DNA of 64,000 nucleotides from a virus (Duplodnaviria; Heunggongvirae; Uroviricota; Caudoviricetes): IMG/VR virus record IMGVR_UViG_3300042691_028414; one strand, 5' to 3'. Shown piece by piece: positions 17,253 to 25,605 of this stretch (position 1 is its first letter; each line of letters starts with the position of its first letter). The notes under the pieces were generated by a model. It saw only the letters and a program-made list of their open reading frames with translations, ran no database searches and was not told where the DNA came from. The position numbers and the translations under genes were made by a program.

Positions 17253-18503
17253 TTACCGTTTAAATTTAAACTCTTTTTCTATTTTTCTTTTTCCGTATTT
17301 TTTCTCCATTATTTGTTGGTGTAACTCCCAATTAAGAATTGATTCGTTGGTTTGTTCTTTTTCGTCAGGAATAAGTGAATATATTTTTACAAGTCGTTTA
17401 ATTAATTTTGTTGCAACATAGTTAAATCTTTCACATTCATCAACAAAGAACTGACTTTCTCTATTACGATATTTGGCAAGTTGATTTAAATATTTATGTC
17501 TAACTTTTTCCAATCCTTCATCGTTCTCACGCTTAACACCCATACCTAACATTCTCATAAAATTAGCCATTTCACTATCAACACTATCCGTCATTTTATC
17601 AAAAATATCTCTTTTAGCACTAATAAGATTAATATAAACTATATCCATAACTACCTTTATTTTTTCCTCTTCAGTCATATTTTCATAATCCACATCTGCG
17701 TGTTCTAATAAACCATCCACACGATCCATTTGATTATGTAATTCTTCCATAAAATGTTCAAAACTAAAATCTCTAATTTCTTTTAGTTCTTTAACAACAC
17801 TATCATTTTCAAAAAATTCTCTAAACTTTTCTCTTGTTACTCCAGTTAATTTCATTCTTGTTGCCATTTCAGTTGGTCTAACAAGATTTTCAACATATTG
17901 AATGAAATAACTATATCTCATAAATTCACTAATAACCGGAATTCCGAAGTTTAACCCTTGACTTGCATATGCTTGATAATCAGCATCTTTCCCTATCAAG
18001 TCAGTTGTCTTTTTTTGTTTATCAAACTTATGTTTAATTTCGTGAGCAATTACAGATATTAATTGAACTCTATCATTAGTAAAGTAATTATAAGGGTCTT
18101 GGGAATCCCAATCATCCCCATTTGATGCAAAATGTAATTGTAACTCAATTGTGTTATCCTGTTTATGAACCTTCATTAGTAGTTTTCTATCAAAATTAAA
18201 TTGATTTGCAACACCGGCTGATATCATAGTGAATGGTCCATCATATTCATCCATTTCGTGAACTTGAACTGCTAACTCTAATTCGTGTATTTTATAATCA
18301 GATATTGTTAAATCTAAATTATCTTCAGTAAATGTTTGTGTTGTGTCGTAATCATCCATACCTTTTAATAGGTTTAATATGATTTCATATAGTTCTTCAG
18401 CCGATTCAATGATTCCTTCAGGAACTCCAACGGCTTCATTCAGTAAGAGATTATTTACAATAATCTCAAGTTGATTTTCAGTAATGATTAAATTTTTCTT
18501 CAT
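17253..18503 (-). CDS. leader-peptide family member carrying a putative HExxH zinc metallopeptidase domain
   Basis: MKKNLIITENQLEIIVNNLLLNE leader; HEIKH motif in the cargo; TATATTTAT motif upstream. Confidence 0.45.
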   Translation of the reverse strand: MKKNLIITENQLEIIVNNLLLNEAVGVPEGIIESAEELYEIILNLLKGMDDYDTTQTFTEDNLDLTISDYKIHELELAVQVHEMDEYDGPFTMISAGVANQFNFDRKLLMKVHKQDNTIELQLHFASNGDDWDSQDPYNYFTNDRVQLISVIAHEIKHKFDKQKKTTDLIGKDADYQAYASQGLNFGIPVISEFMRYSYFIQYVENLVRPTEMATRMKLTGVTREKFREFFENDSVVKELKEIRDFSFEHFMEELHNQMDRVDGLLEHADVDYENMTEEEKIKVVMDIVYINLISAKRDIFDKMTDSVDSEMANFMRMLGMGVKRENDEGLEKVRHKYLNQLAKYRNRESQFFVDECERFNYVATKLIKRLVKIYSLIPDEKEQTNESILNWELHQQIMEKKYGKRKIEKEFKFKR

Positions 18504-18529
18504 ACATATAAATATAAAGGAGTTGTGAT

Positions 18530-19183
18530 TTAACCCACAACTCCAACCAAACCATCCAAATGATGATCACCACTCATGTCAGAACCAACAGGTATTTTAC
18601 CCATAATTCTAATGATATCATCAATATTATATGGATCCATACCGTTACCATCAACACCAACATCCATTCTTTTACCATTACCAAATTTACGGTGTTCAGG
18701 TAAGTGAACATGACCGTGTAAATGAATAACACCTTTATTCAATCCGTTCCAACTTTGTAATGGGTAATGACAAAGTACAAAGTCTTTCCCATTGATGTTC
18801 ACCTCCAAATAGTGTTGTACACTCAGGAATCTCCCTTGTACATAATCACGGTTGTTCTCAATATGATGATCATGATTTCCAAGTACGAGGTGAATGTTGT
18901 GACAAACCAATCTTTCAAGGAAGATTCCAATATTATCAAATCCTCCGAATGAAACATCACCCAACATAATTAAGGTATCATCTTGTCCAACAACACTATT
19001 AATACCGTCAACCAATCGTTGGTTCATTTGTTCAATAGTTTGAAAATCACGAGTAGAATCTACCGGTACTTCACCATCTTGTGTTCTCCAATTTGTCACA
19101 CCACGACATATATTTTTGTGTCCATAGTGAGTATCACTTGTGATGAACACTTTTCCTGTCGTTAATATTTTTTTAAATCCCAT
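18530..19183 (-). CDS. calcineurin-like metallophosphoesterase
   Basis: The motifs DTHYGH, GDVSFGG and GNHDHH. Confidence 0.7.
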   Translation of the reverse strand: MGFKKILTTGKVFITSDTHYGHKNICRGVTNWRTQDGEVPVDSTRDFQTIEQMNQRLVDGINSVVGQDDTLIMLGDVSFGGFDNIGIFLERLVCHNIHLVLGNHDHHIENNRDYVQGRFLSVQHYLEVNINGKDFVLCHYPLQSWNGLNKGVIHLHGHVHLPEHRKFGNGKRMDVGVDGNGMDPYNIDDIIRIMGKIPVGSDMSGDHHLDGLVGVVG

Positions 19184-19211
19184 AATTGCAAATATATTGA
19201 TATTTATTGAA

Positions 19212-19802
19212 ATGAAAAAGTTTTTATTATCCTTATTTTTTATTTTCCCTTTTATTTTATTATCTCAAAAACCATTAAGAGATAGTGTAATCATTAAAAG
19301 TGATATTTTTACCGTTGTTTATTCTGAGAAATTAGAACAACCTTTATCTGTGAGTTATACCGTGGATTGTCCGTCAGGTAATGCATCAAGATCTGGTATG
19401 GATTTCTTCACTTGTGATTCTGTTAAAACATCTGACTCAAAAGATTATGAAAATAACATTTGGGACAAGGGACATATGGCACCTGCCGCAGATTTTAATT
19501 GTGATAAGATTATGTTAAAGAAAACATTTAGTTACCTTAACTGTACATTACAACAACAAGATCTCAATAGAACCACTTGGCGTTTATTAGAAGCGTATGA
19601 AAGAGAATTGGCATTAAAGTATGAGGTGTCTGTTATTGTAATTTGTGTATTTTCAAAAAAATCCACAATACTCAAATCAGGCGCCACGGTTCCTGATGGA
19701 TATTATAAGAAAATAACTTATAATGGTAAAACAGAAACTTATTACTTTAAAAATGAAAAACCTTCAACAACCGATTTTAAAAAGTTTTTGGTTAAAGGTT
19801 AA
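19212..19802 (+). CDS. secreted DNA/RNA non-specific endonuclease (Serratia/EndoG family)
   Basis: Signal peptide MKKFLLSLFFIFPFILLS; active-site-like DKGHMAPA, the counterpart of DRGH. Confidence 0.6.
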   Translation: MKKFLLSLFFIFPFILLSQKPLRDSVIIKSDIFTVVYSEKLEQPLSVSYTVDCPSGNASRSGMDFFTCDSVKTSDSKDYENNIWDKGHMAPAADFNCDKIMLKKTFSYLNCTLQQQDLNRTTWRLLEAYERELALKYEVSVIVICVFSKKSTILKSGATVPDGYYKKITYNGKTETYYFKNEKPSTTDFKKFLVKG

Positions 19803-20181
19803 TTTCAAAACGATTACGCATATTTTCTAAAACTTGTTCGGGAACATTATGTTCATTTACACCTCCGTGTCTATTCTCAACTACAATAGTGAATACTTTA
19901 TACCCATGTTCTTTCGCCATATCAATGTATGGTTGCATCTCCCACTCTTGTGTGAATGTATTTGAAACCACAATCTTGGGATATTCCAATATCATATCAG
20001 ATTTAACAAAACTCTGACACCATTGATGCGCATCTTTTATTTTAGTGAAATCAAAATTATACACACCATTCTCATCAATGAAGAACATATCCGCTTCATA
20101 GTGTTGTCCACCTAAAGTTTTTGCAAATGTTGATTTACCACTACCTGGTATTCCTCTTACGATATATAATGTATTTTCCAT
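19792..20181 (-). CDS. P-loop NTPase/kinase of the AAA_33 (polynucleotide-kinase-like) type
   Basis: Walker A motif GIPGSGKST. Confidence 0.55.
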   Translation of the reverse strand: MENTLYIVRGIPGSGKSTFAKTLGGQHYEADMFFIDENGVYNFDFTKIKDAHQWCQSFVKSDMILEYPKIVVSNTFTQEWEMQPYIDMAKEHGYKVFTIVVENRHGGVNEHNVPEQVLENMRNRFEINL

Positions 20182-20207
20182 ACCACAAAGATATGAAAAA
20201 GAATTAA

Positions 20208-20240
20208 ATAAAAAAAGGAACCTAAGTTCCTTTTATTTTA
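20208..20240. terminator. rho-independent terminator
   Basis: aaggaacctaagttcctt hairpin followed by a T-run. Confidence 0.6.
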
Positions 20241-21074
20241 TTGTGGTCTGTTTTGTAGATTTGATACAAACTTAGCCGCCTCTAAACCTTTATCAATCAT
20301 TTGTTGTTTTGATGGTACCAATTCTAAATTCTTTTCAGTTTCAATAGTACCAATTGGTTTAAGTTCCAACTTTGATATTGGTTCCAATCCTTTACATTCA
20401 ATATTTAATTTATCAATAGCCTTTTGGAATTTAGGTGTCGTCAATTCACACCATGTTTTTTTATCAGTTTGTTTAGTTGTGTACCATTTTCCATCATCAG
20501 TTTTTGCATACATCCAAGTTTTATCATTCGGAATATAACAAACTTGCTGATTTGTGAATTCTTTCTCAACAAATTTACATCTATTATCTGTTTTTGGTTT
20601 TTGTTCTTCACCACCACCTCCAACTACTTTATCAGATTTTAATTTATTTCCATCACAGAATAATTTATTCATTGCAGTTTTAAATGGTTGTCCAGTCATT
20701 ACAATTTGTTCGTAAGTTTGTTCACTACCTTCAAATCTTAATAAATAATCACCACAAATAAATTTCCCTTTAGACCCTGATTTAACCAAAGGACCTGTAA
20801 ATTTACCTGTTGAGTCTTCTTTTTTATAGTAAACATCTACGGATAGACTTTTACCGTCGGTATTTTTTTTCACTGTCTCACCTTTTTTAATGTAAACTCT
20901 AGGTGCACTACCCCCATACTGAATTGCGTGTACTGTAAACTCTTGAAGATTCTTAATTGTATATGTTCCATCATCATTCAATGTTTGTTCAGAGATAACA
21001 TCTTTTTTTACACCATATTGCGATAATATGTCTTTTTTTTCTTGTTCGGAAATTAAAATTCTTCTGATATTCAT
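20238..21074 (-). CDS. leader-peptide family member (MNIRRILISE subtype)
   Basis: Start moved to the Met at 21074; GATATTTATAAAT motif upstream. Confidence 0.45.
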   Translation of the reverse strand: MNIRRILISEQEKKDILSQYGVKKDVISEQTLNDDGTYTIKNLQEFTVHAIQYGGSAPRVYIKKGETVKKNTDGKSLSVDVYYKKEDSTGKFTGPLVKSGSKGKFICGDYLLRFEGSEQTYEQIVMTGQPFKTAMNKLFCDGNKLKSDKVVGGGGEEQKPKTDNRCKFVEKEFTNQQVCYIPNDKTWMYAKTDDGKWYTTKQTDKKTWCELTTPKFQKAIDKLNIECKGLEPISKLELKPIGTIETEKNLELVPSKQQMIDKGLEAAKFVSNLQNRPQ

Positions 21075-21104
21075 AACTTTTTTATTTATAAATATCATAA
21101 ATAA

Positions 21105-21138
21105 AAAAAAGGAACCATTTCTGATTCCTTTTTTTTGG
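21105..21138. terminator. rho-independent terminator
   Basis: aaggaaccatttctgattcctt followed by a T-run. Confidence 0.55.
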
Positions 21139-21192
21139 GTCGTCCATTAACGGATCGATCTACCACCACCTTGTTTTTCTAAACAAGGAAAC

Positions 21193-21642
21193 TTATATTC
21201 TATGCATCCACAGGTAATAATCCGTTTGATTCCCTGAACCCATTGTAATGTCGGTGAATTTAAGTCCGAGAATTACTCCACTAGTTAAATTACCTTCAAA
21301 TATTGGTCCAGTTAAATTACCCCAAGGTGTGTAGTTCATTGTTAGTGAATACGCAGATGCGGTTGTATAAAACGAGTAGGTTGCGGTATTACCATTAAAA
21401 GTATACGAATTAATTGTGTTAAAGACAAGTGTATCACTAATCGTAATAATTGCACCAATACCATTAACTCGGTAACCATCAATAACCCATGTCTCACCAA
21501 TTAGGTTTGTTGCGGTATCAATCACCGTTGTATCCGTCACAATAGGTTGTGGTGGAATTGGTGGTGGGTAAGGTGGTGGGTTAGTCTTTTGACAAGAAAC
21601 AATCACCAACATAATGGTGATAAAATAAATTAACTTTTTCAT
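21193..21642 (-). CDS. lipoprotein with a Pro-rich linker
   Basis: MKKLIYFITIMLVIVSC lipobox, followed by PPPYPPPIPPQP. Confidence 0.55.
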   Translation of the reverse strand: MKKLIYFITIMLVIVSCQKTNPPPYPPPIPPQPIVTDTTVIDTATNLIGETWVIDGYRVNGIGAIITISDTLVFNTINSYTFNGNTATYSFYTTASAYSLTMNYTPWGNLTGPIFEGNLTSGVILGLKFTDITMGSGNQTDYYLWMHRI

Positions 21643-21645
21643 ATA

Positions 21646-21921
21646 TTACTTTGTTATTAATGCCTCGATTTTACTTTTGATTGGTTCAACCATATCAATG
21701 TCTTTAGTTCCTGTCACAATAATGGAATCTTTCAAGAATCGGAATGGGATGTTAATTAAGAATGTATCTCCGTTGAAGAATCTTAAATCATTCTCAAGTT
21801 CCAAACACCCGTGAACCATCTTCAAAAAAATTTTGAATTGTGTCTCATCAATAAATACTTCGTTTAGTAACTCTCCAAACGATTCGTTAATAATTCTGAT
21901 TTTAAATGCCGTCTTATTCAT
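21646..21921 (-). CDS. hypothetical protein
   Basis: 91-aa ORF. Confidence 0.45.
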   Translation of the reverse strand: MNKTAFKIRIINESFGELLNEVFIDETQFKIFLKMVHGCLELENDLRFFNGDTFLINIPFRFLKDSIIVTGTKDIDMVEPIKSKIEALITK

Positions 21922-21938
21922 ACCTCAAAGATATTAAA

Positions 21939-22271
21939 TTATTTCTCAATAACAAATTTTCTACCCACTTTTTTTAATTTTCCAACAAGATCGTTTTCGT
22001 GATGAATCCCACTATAAAACCCTGAACCATCATTCCACATACCAAACTTGTTGTTTTTGTAAACATTCTCACCATCAAAAGTGATATAGTCAGGTTGTTC
22101 ACCTTTTGGAAGTTTTGTTGCTCTAATCATCTCACGATTCTCAACCGCTGTGTAGTTGTTACTGTAATCGGCTCTACAAAGGTATGTTGCTTCTCCAACA
22201 ACAACTTTCTCTCCGTTGAGAGTTGCGTTCTTATTAAATTTTTTCTTGTAAGTGTAAATGTAAGTCCCCAT
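21939..22271 (-). CDS. hypothetical protein; start moved to the internal Met
   Basis: The TATATTTG motif lies inside the longer ORF-track extension. Confidence 0.4.
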   Translation of the reverse strand: MGTYIYTYKKKFNKNATLNGEKVVVGEATYLCRADYSNNYTAVENREMIRATKLPKGEQPDYITFDGENVYKNNKFGMWNDGSGFYSGIHHENDLVGKLKKVGRKFVIEK

Positions 22272-22319
22272 ATGTTTTTTATTTCTACAAATATACAAAT
22301 AAAAATGATACGGCATAAA

Positions 22320-22366
22320 AAAATCCCAAAAAAAATCAACTACGAAAATTTTTGGGATTTCATTAA
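22320..22366. terminator. rho-independent terminator
   Basis: aaatcccaaaaa...tttttgggattt: a 12-bp perfect stem. Confidence 0.65.
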
Positions 22367-22448
22367 TGTTAAACCAACAATAAATTAGAAGGGAATGTTG
22401 TTTTGTATCACATAAATATATTGTAGTTAACCAAAAGACAATTTTTTT

Positions 22449-22877
22449 TTACAAAAGTGTTAAAATTAATCTAAATAATGGGTCTTTATGGTCATCAATT
22501 GGTAAATCCATGAAATTAAAGTACCCACATTCGCTATGTTCGTGTCCATCTTTAGCCATATCCAAATCAGGATATATCTCTACATCTGATTGGTAATAGT
22601 AGATATACATCATCCCTTTAACTTCACCATTTTTAGTATATGTATTAAAAGTACCAACTAATCTTATGTCATTAATCTCATTAGTTAAATCAATATTAGT
22701 TTCCTCATAAAACTCCCTAATTGCAGTTTCTTTAGGTTTTTCACCATACTCAACACCACCACCAGGAACCGACCATATATTAGGTGAAGACTGATCAGGA
22801 CTTCTTTTACAAAGTAAAAATTTATTACCACACTTGACAAGTATTCCCGAAAATCTTTTTAGTTTTCTATTAGCCAT
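22449..22877 (-). CDS. Nudix hydrolase
   Basis: Nudix box GGGVEYGEKPKETAIREFYEETNI; start at MANRKLKRF. Confidence 0.75.
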   Translation of the reverse strand: MANRKLKRFSGILVKCGNKFLLCKRSPDQSSPNIWSVPGGGVEYGEKPKETAIREFYEETNIDLTNEINDIRLVGTFNTYTKNGEVKGMMYIYYYQSDVEIYPDLDMAKDGHEHSECGYFNFMDLPIDDHKDPLFRLILTLL

Positions 22878-22890
22878 TATATTTATGTAT
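22878..22890. promoter_or_regulatory. 13-bp divergent promoter core TATATTTATGTAT
   Basis: The ATG codons of Nudix (22877, minus) and DUF192 (22891, plus) flank this 13-mer. Confidence 0.4.
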
Positions 22891-23235
22891 ATGGATATAA
22901 TAATAAATAACAATTTGTTCAATGTCAAATGTGTAATGACATCAAAAGACACTCAACAAGGTATGATGGGTAAAAAATTTGATGATACATTTGATGGAAT
23001 GTTATTTATAATGAATGATAGTGAACATTCTTTTTGGATGAAGGATTGTATAATTCCTTTGGATATTATCTATATAAGTAACAATACTATTGTTAAGATA
23101 CATCATAACTGTGAACCTTGTACTTCTAACCCATGTAAGAGATATCCTGGTAATGGTGATATGATATTAGAAGTTATGGGCGGAACCTGTGAAGAATATG
23201 ATATTACAAAAGGAGATAGAGTATACTTTGATTAA
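22891..23235 (+). CDS. DUF192-like protein
   Basis: GMLFI...FWMKDCIIPLDIIYI...MILEV...GDRV matches the DUF192 pattern; ATG at 22891. Confidence 0.45.
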   Translation: MDIIINNNLFNVKCVMTSKDTQQGMMGKKFDDTFDGMLFIMNDSEHSFWMKDCIIPLDIIYISNNTIVKIHHNCEPCTSNPCKRYPGNGDMILEVMGGTCEEYDITKGDRVYFD

Positions 23236-24644
23236 CCTTCTTGAACTTTCTCTTTCAATAATCTAACAAATTCATTCTGAATCATTTTAGTAAATTTCAC
23301 ATACGCAGCGTCCTCATTTTCAGAACTATATTTGTATTTCCCTTGAGGTGGTCTTTTACTTCTACCCATATAATTTAATCCCGAAATGTTAGTTATACAT
23401 TTATGTCCTCCACTATTTGATTGGATAATGTCCCAAGCAGTTACGGTAACACTATCAAGTAAACTCATCTCTTCATCAGTTAAATCGGTAAATGATTTTG
23501 ACATTGCCGTATCAATATCTCTCATAAAATCTTTACCGTCTTTTGATTTGAATTTATCTCCGTATAACGCTCTAAAATCTTTATATGTGAACCCAACAGA
23601 TTCAGGTGTAAATCCTTTTCCTGATTCTGATATCCACTTAATTGTTGATAATGGAATATCCCTATCTTTTAATTGTGATTCCCATTTTCCTAATACTTCA
23701 TCTTTAATCTCACCTAAGTTAACTCCTTTAAGTGCTCTTTCTTTTTTGAATGGGTTACAGGATGCTTGAACCAATCCTAACGGCCAAGCAATAACTAAGA
23801 AGTCGGCATCAGGATTATTTCTAAATGGGGTGTATCTATCATAAGAACCTGGTTTCATCATTGATCCACCACCATATTGTACAATAATGTTGTCATCAAT
23901 TTTAACATTAGGATGTGACTTCATCGTTTGGACATACATTTCCTTATTCTTTTCAAGATCTCCAACCTCAGCGTATCCTTTACTCATCATTTGTCCTCTA
24001 ATATTATTCAGGATACTCATTAATGATGGATTTGCGGTTAAAACAATTTCTTCAAGAAAACCTGGTTTATTTTTATATGCTAATAATAGTTTATTAACAA
24101 CCAACCCCATTAACATTTTATTTCTTTGTAATGTTTTATCCTTATCTAATTTGAATAGGTAGTTCATCACTTGTTCAGGTGCGATATCGTGTTTTGCATA
24201 ATCTGCAGAATCCACAGTTGATATTAATGTAATGTCTTCAGGTGAGAAAATATCTTTAGGTGATATTGTTTGAGATATTGTTTCAACATTCGATCTTGAT
24301 GATCTAAAACTTGTTGATGTTCCTTGTTCAACTCCGGCTTGAGTATCGTGGTGATCGGTATGAATAACAAACATTGGTTTTCCGTGGGCAAAATCTACCA
24401 GTACAGGCATTGTATCACCTTCAGCATCTAATTTCTTAACTGAAAATTCTTTATCCCCGTATTGGATTATTTCGGCATCAACAACTTTAATACCATTATT
24501 CTCCAAATAGTGTTTCATTGCAAGTGCGGTAGTAACACCATCTAAATCTTGGTGAAAATATATTTTAGCTTTAGGGTATCTTTTAGCTAATTTGTTAATA
24601 TCCCTTAATCCTGATTCTAATATTAAATTTTTTCTCATAACCAT
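23232..24644 (-). CDS. DHH-DHHA1 phosphoesterase (RecJ/NrnA-like)
   Basis: The motifs HQDLDG, DHHD and NSGGHK (GGGH). Confidence 0.75.
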   Translation of the reverse strand: MVMRKNLILESGLRDINKLAKRYPKAKIYFHQDLDGVTTALAMKHYLENNGIKVVDAEIIQYGDKEFSVKKLDAEGDTMPVLVDFAHGKPMFVIHTDHHDTQAGVEQGTSTSFRSSRSNVETISQTISPKDIFSPEDITLISTVDSADYAKHDIAPEQVMNYLFKLDKDKTLQRNKMLMGLVVNKLLLAYKNKPGFLEEIVLTANPSLMSILNNIRGQMMSKGYAEVGDLEKNKEMYVQTMKSHPNVKIDDNIIVQYGGGSMMKPGSYDRYTPFRNNPDADFLVIAWPLGLVQASCNPFKKERALKGVNLGEIKDEVLGKWESQLKDRDIPLSTIKWISESGKGFTPESVGFTYKDFRALYGDKFKSKDGKDFMRDIDTAMSKSFTDLTDEEMSLLDSVTVTAWDIIQSNSGGHKCITNISGLNYMGRSKRPPQGKYKYSSENEDAAYVKFTKMIQNEFVRLLKEKVQEG

Positions 24645-24732
24645 AAATACCTTTCAGATCCAAAATGTAAATACCATTTGTCTTATTGTTTAAAAATTCT
24701 TATGTTTGTATAAATCTTTAAAACTTAAAAAT

Positions 24733-25050
24733 ATGAAACAGAAATTTAATGAATTCGTGGAAAGGTATAAACCTTTATTTAGAAATGTGGTAGTTGTGTC
24801 GTTTATTGTGGTTTCGTTGTTTGCGGGATTTTACGCAGGTTCAGCATATAATAACGAATATGGTCCAAAGAAACCAACCATCCATATGGTTAAAGTTAAT
24901 CGTAGTCAGGTTAACTTAGCATTAGATGAACATAACCATCTAATTATCATTGACAAGAAAACTGGTGATTACACAGTTTATCAAGATTCAATCGGTGTTT
25001 CGGTGTTTAAACTATACGCTAGAAATATTTTCTCAGACACATCAAAATAA
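24733..25050 (+). CDS. single-TM membrane protein, possible holin-like partner of the lytic transglycosylase
   Basis: One transmembrane helix (VVVVSFIVVSLFAGFYAGSAY). Translationally coupled to the downstream gene. Confidence 0.4.
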   Translation: MKQKFNEFVERYKPLFRNVVVVSFIVVSLFAGFYAGSAYNNEYGPKKPTIHMVKVNRSQVNLALDEHNHLIIIDKKTGDYTVYQDSIGVSVFKLYARNIFSDTSK

Positions 25051-25056
25051 TAGATT

Positions 25057-25605
25057 ATGAAAGTATCCAACATTTTAAAATTGGTATACTTGATGGGATG
25101 TCTTGTTACCATTATTACCTTATCAGGTATGTCAACGATTGAGATTCAATCTAATAGTAAATTCACGAATGAAGGATCAGGTATTCCAAATTCACCAATT
25201 TCTATTCGGATGTATGAATGTATTGAGAAATACTCTGATGAATATAACATTCCTAAGTATGTTGCATATAATGTGGCGTATAAAGAAACAACATACAGAG
25301 GTCCTTTTGATTGGAGGTACAATCCCGAAAGAATCTCTTGTGTTGGGGCTTTGGGTCCGATGCAGATTATGCCTATGACATCTTATTCAATTAATAAAGT
25401 AAAATATTCAAATCATAAAATTATGACTGATATTGAGTTGAACATTAGGACAAGTATGAAACTTCTACGAAAACTTTATAATAAATACGGTGACTGGAAT
25501 GTTGTTTGTGGTTGTTATAACACGGGTAGACCTATTGTAAATGAGTATGGTAGGTATTGTGGAACTAACAAAAATTATAAGTCAAAGTGGTTATCACTTA
25601 AATAA
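25057..25605 (+). CDS. lytic transglycosylase (SLT domain) with an N-terminal signal or anchor
   Basis: GALGPMQIMP, the SLT GLMQ-type motif, with an N-terminal hydrophobic segment. Confidence 0.55.
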   Translation: MKVSNILKLVYLMGCLVTIITLSGMSTIEIQSNSKFTNEGSGIPNSPISIRMYECIEKYSDEYNIPKYVAYNVAYKETTYRGPFDWRYNPERISCVGALGPMQIMPMTSYSINKVKYSNHKIMTDIELNIRTSMKLLRKLYNKYGDWNVVCGCYNTGRPIVNEYGRYCGTNKNYKSKWLSLK

